Source: Eledone cirrhosa
Taxonomy: Eukaryota
Assembly (NCBI GenBank): GCA_964016885.1
Contig: CAXHJY010001768.1
Coordinates: 1-64,000, forward strand
DNA: 64,000 nucleotides
Direction of reading: 5' to 3'
The notes under the pieces were generated by a model. That model saw nothing but the letters and a program-made list of their open reading frames with translations, made no database searches and was not told the origin of the DNA. Within the stretch, counting starts at the first letter, position 1; the number at the start of each line of letters is the position of its first letter. The position numbers were made by a program, and so were the translations under genes. Positions 60,300-64,000 of the stretch are shown piece after piece.

Positions 60300-60840
60300 G
60301 TAGGCTACAGAGCTTATTATATATATTCCCATTGTTGACAACAAAAGTTTTCTCCCTGCATACTTGAAGACAACTGTATGATGCCTATGTTTGAAGTGCA
60401 ATGCTGCATAGTACTGAAACATGGGCAGTGACAGCAGAAGACATGCATAAACTAGAGAGAAATGAAGCAGCCATGCTTTGTTAGACGTGTAATGTAAATG
60501 TGAAAGACAGAGCTGGGATGAACTGAAGCAGAAACTGGGTTTAAGTGGAATCTGAGGTTGTGTGCGGGAGAGAACACCGCATTGGTATGGACATGTGATG
60601 CACATGGATGATGATCAATGTGTGACAAAGTGCTAGGAATTGCCAGTGGATGGAAGCCGCAGTAGATGTAGACCAAGAAAGACCTGGGCAGAAGTGGTGA
60701 GAGCTGACCTCAAATTGCTAAGACTCACAGAGGAGATGACAAAGGAACCCGGCAATTGGAGAGATGCCATGTTGAGAAGGACCTGTCCAACCCATGCAAG
60801 CATGGAAAAACTGACATAGAAATGATGATGATGATGATAA
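60300..60840 (+). pseudogene. Old RTE 3' fragment
   Basis: Remnants of LYDA, LH.TETW, LERNEAAML, WYGHVM and RPRKTW. Tail CCATGCAAGCATGG...(GAT)n. Confidence 0.75.
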
Positions 60841-62294
60841 TGGTAGTGAAATTAATTTGAAAAAATAAAACCAGAACATACATAATATAAGTGATGAACA
60901 GGCATGGAGGAAAAAGAAAGTATGAAAGAAGAGGAAGATGACTTCACAATAGAAATATCTCTTGTTCTAGTAATTTCTAAAACTATCCTAGAGAAACCTC
61001 TTTAGATTTTAAAGCCTACCTGCTGTGTTATATAGAAGGGTGGATGATGATGTCTCTGTCTCTCGAGGGTAGACATCGTCAAAGGGTGGAGCTAATTTCA
61101 TTGATCATGACTCAACCATGGGTTATGTGTTTTAGCTTAGTTTATATTTTTACTGTTCAGTCAGAAAGGGAAGGGTAGTGCTTATTATTCTGTTTCAAGG
61201 ACACTGAGACTGGTGGAAGAGAAGTACGGTATTCTTAACCGAAAACCTGGTCTGAATGCTTGCAACAGAGTGGACTCTGTTAAAGGCACTCAAGAGTCAA
61301 ATGCTCATATTAAACTAGGTGATGGATTAAGTCTACCACTTGTGCAGTGTTCAAGAGGTAAGATGAAGGGGAGCCTCAGCCTGACTCTTCACAGGGAAAC
61401 AGTGTAGATATAAGCTCTTCTGAGTAAGAAATGATGATGGAGTAGGTGAAGTAAGTATTTTACTAGCTGAGAAGTGGGTAGATAATTGAAGTAGTTAGAG
61501 TGACAAAATTATCAAACTTAGAATGGTCGTAGACAACAGAAGGACAATGGTTATTTCTACATATGTGCCACTGTCAGGATTAAGTAAAAAAACAAAAGGA
61601 TCATTTCTATAAGGACCTCTTACAGATGACAACTTTTTCATCTTCACTGGAGCCTTCAATGGATATGTTGAGTAACACCAGGATAGCTATGTTACAATGG
61701 ACAGTGCCTATGGATATGTCTTGAGAAATGAAAAGGGATCAAGGTTCCTAGAATTCAGTGATGCAACTGACCTAACTAATTGCAACACAAATTTCAGGAA
61801 ACCAGCCAAACACTTGATCACCTACCAATCAGGTGGACATACAAGTCAGATTGTTTACTTTCTCATTAGAAAATGGGACAAATATATAGATGGTTTTGAA
61901 TGTTAGGTCCTGGAAAAAAATGCACTCCCAACATAAATTGGTTATTAGTGATGCCAGAATAAAGACTAAGCAAAACCAAAATAAATCTTAAGAAAAATCT
62001 ATGGAAGCTAAAATACCTCTCTGTTAAATATAGGTTCAGGAAAGCTCTACATGAGACATATAATGAAAGGGAAGAGGATATAGATACATATGACAGAGAG
62101 GACAACTGCAATCCACAGATGAAACCCTTGGCTGGAACAAGGTTCCAACCAGACGAAGGGTGACCCTGTGGTGGAACAGCACTGTAGACTAAAGCTAAAC
62201 GACAGGCAGACACGGAAAGACAGGGAAAATGGCAGCAACAAAGAACACTATCAAGCATCTAAGAAAAAAAGCTAGACTTCTAGTTTAATAGCAC

Positions 62295-62726
62295 TTGACC
62301 CCTTTGTTACCAGCCTAGCCAAAACCAGCTCGGGTTCTATGAAATAAAACCATCCATTTTAAAGGTTTCTAGTTTAAATTTAAATCTTCCAACATAATTT
62401 CATATAAGAACCTTACATTAAGTTACTATCTTGTGGATTGGCAGTATCAGTAGAGGGTCGGACGCCATGCTTTCCAGCATAGTTACGTCCCTTTACGATC
62501 TGAGTTCAAATCCCGCCGAGGTTGACTTTGCCTTTCATCCTTACGGGGTCGATAAAATAAAGTACCAGTAATGCACTGGGTAATTGCTGGCCTTGTGCCT
62601 TAAGTAGAAACAATTAAGTTACTATCTTAGTAATGAAATAATTAATAATTTTAGTAAATGCCTTACAATTCTTCATTAATTAATTAAAACATTAATTAAT
62701 TAGAAACGTGGTGATGAAAGGGTTAA
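62295..62726. mobile_element. TTAA-type MITE containing a young SINE
   Basis: TTGACCCCTTTGTTACC...GGTGATGAAAGGGTTAA ends interrupt the RTE relic. Confidence 0.5.
62433..62612 (+). mobile_element. Young Nin-like SINE with ~15-bp TSD
   Basis: TTAAGTTACTATCTT occurs on both sides. Confidence 0.88.
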
Positions 62727-62978
62727 GAAAGTAGAAAACAAGATTTGCCAACGTTCTGCACATTGCAAAGCAGTGTATCAGTGTAAATGTATTTGAAATT
62801 ACATCAGTGCACTTAGCCTCATTGATGCCCAGAAAAAAGAGGCCTGGAAATGCTACCATGAGAGGTAGATGAATATGGAGAATGAGTGACAGGAAGAGAG
62901 GCTACCCCCGGTAGACTCAACAGAGGGACAAACTATCAAAGTTGACAGTTATAGGGTCAAAGAAGCAACCAGGGAGAT

Positions 62979-63244
62979 CTTCTTCGCCCACTTATTCCTG
63001 AGAAGGTTGTGGTGACAGAGTCTTCAAACACTCCTTCCAGTGGGTCTTGTTAGAAGCAACCATCTCCAACTGATCTGGTTGGATCCCCAATCGAGAACAG
63101 CCAAGCTTATGGATGTTATCCAACCATCTTACTCAGGGTCAACCCCTGGGTCTCTCATCAGTTGGTTTTTCCCGTAAAATCTGTCCAACAATTCTTTCCT
63201 GAGAATTTCTAACCACATACTGATTCTCGGCATGTGGTTAGAAT
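62979..63244 (-). mobile_element. Short LINE 3' fragment with 9-bp TSD and a terminal hairpin
   Basis: TSD CAGGGAGAT at 62970-62978 and 63245-63253. Minus strand GRP..RWLDNI-like remnant and GAAGAAG end. Confidence 0.55.
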
Positions 63245-64000
63245 CAGGGAGATGAAAAATTAAAAAGCTTTTAGACTATCAGGGTTAACTGTTGAGATGC
63301 TGAAATTAACTGGTGAAGCAGGAGTCAAGCCAGTCACCTGCAGAGTCAATCAGGTAATACATAACAGTATGAGACCCAATTACTGGTATAGCAGCATAAT
63401 CATTTACTGTTACAAGGGAAAAGGAGATGCTTTTAGAAAGGAGAAAATACAGAGGCATAAACTAACGGATCAAGTTATGGAAGTGACAGAAAGACTTTTA
63501 GCACAACTAATTAGGGAAATAGTCAAATTAGATAAGATGCAGTTTGGTTCTGTGCCAGAAAGAAGCACCACAGGTGCCCTGTTCTTAAAGAGACAACTAC
63601 AAGAGAAGTTTCTAGCTAAGTGTAAACTGCTATATCTAACTTTTGTTGATCTGAGGCATACTTTGAAGGATGTGATGTTAATGTGTATGAATAGCAAGGC
63701 ATGGATGAGCTGAGAAAGAAACTAAGTATAAGAGGTATTAAATGAAGTATACAAGAGAAAAGAATGTGCTGGTATGGCTATATGATGCATATGGATGATA
63801 ATCATTGGGTGAAGAAGTGCCAAGATTTCCCAGTGGAATGAAGTTGTAGTAGAGGACGGGCAAGGAAAACCTTGACAGAAGTGGAGACAGATCTCAAAAC
63901 ACTGATCTTCAGAGAGATGACGAATAAATGCAATTGGAAAGGACCTGTTCAAACCATGCAAGCATGGAGAAGCAGACATAAAAAGGATATGTGTATATAT

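Larger units (their letters stand above)
61250..63985 (+). pseudogene. Old, heavily deleted RTE LINE (APE, RT and 3' end) with nested insertions
   Basis: LLAEKWVD, RNEKGSRFLEF, HLITYQSG, CYKGKGDA, MQFG, FVDL motifs and a 3' CCATGCAAGCATGG tail. Confidence 0.75.

Overview
Eukaryotic, AT-rich, almost entirely repetitive intronic or intergenic DNA. The mix of repeats (TA/CA microsatellites, RTE LINEs with (GAT)n tails, two tRNA-derived SINE superfamilies, TTAA MITEs) suggests a coleoid cephalopod such as Octopus; this is an inference. The only long genuine ORF is a 5'-truncated RTE reverse transcriptase (9264-11645) carrying an internal PHD-type finger. It is inserted antiparallel into an older near-full-length RTE. 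Also present: relics of CRE, R4/Dong and L1/Tx1-type LINEs and a mariner, about 19 kb of GGT/ACC simple-repeat arrays, and 47-, 66-, 22- and ~65-bp minisatellites. A possible host gene has small exons at <=33 and 2225-2323. The most interesting signal is not in the ORF track. There are six minimal type-I hammerhead ribozyme motifs and further hammerhead halves, from about five different non-coding element families, each ending in a (TA)n tract. Four of these insertions share one architecture: (TA)n - ~80-90 nt unpaired tail - inverted end - spacer - end - (TA)n. This looks like a TA-microsatellite-associated, ribozyme-bearing, non-autonomous Penelope-like fold-back system. Nearly all other ORFs in the track are artefacts of low-complexity sequence. 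All analysis was by eye, so boundaries of old repeats are approximate.
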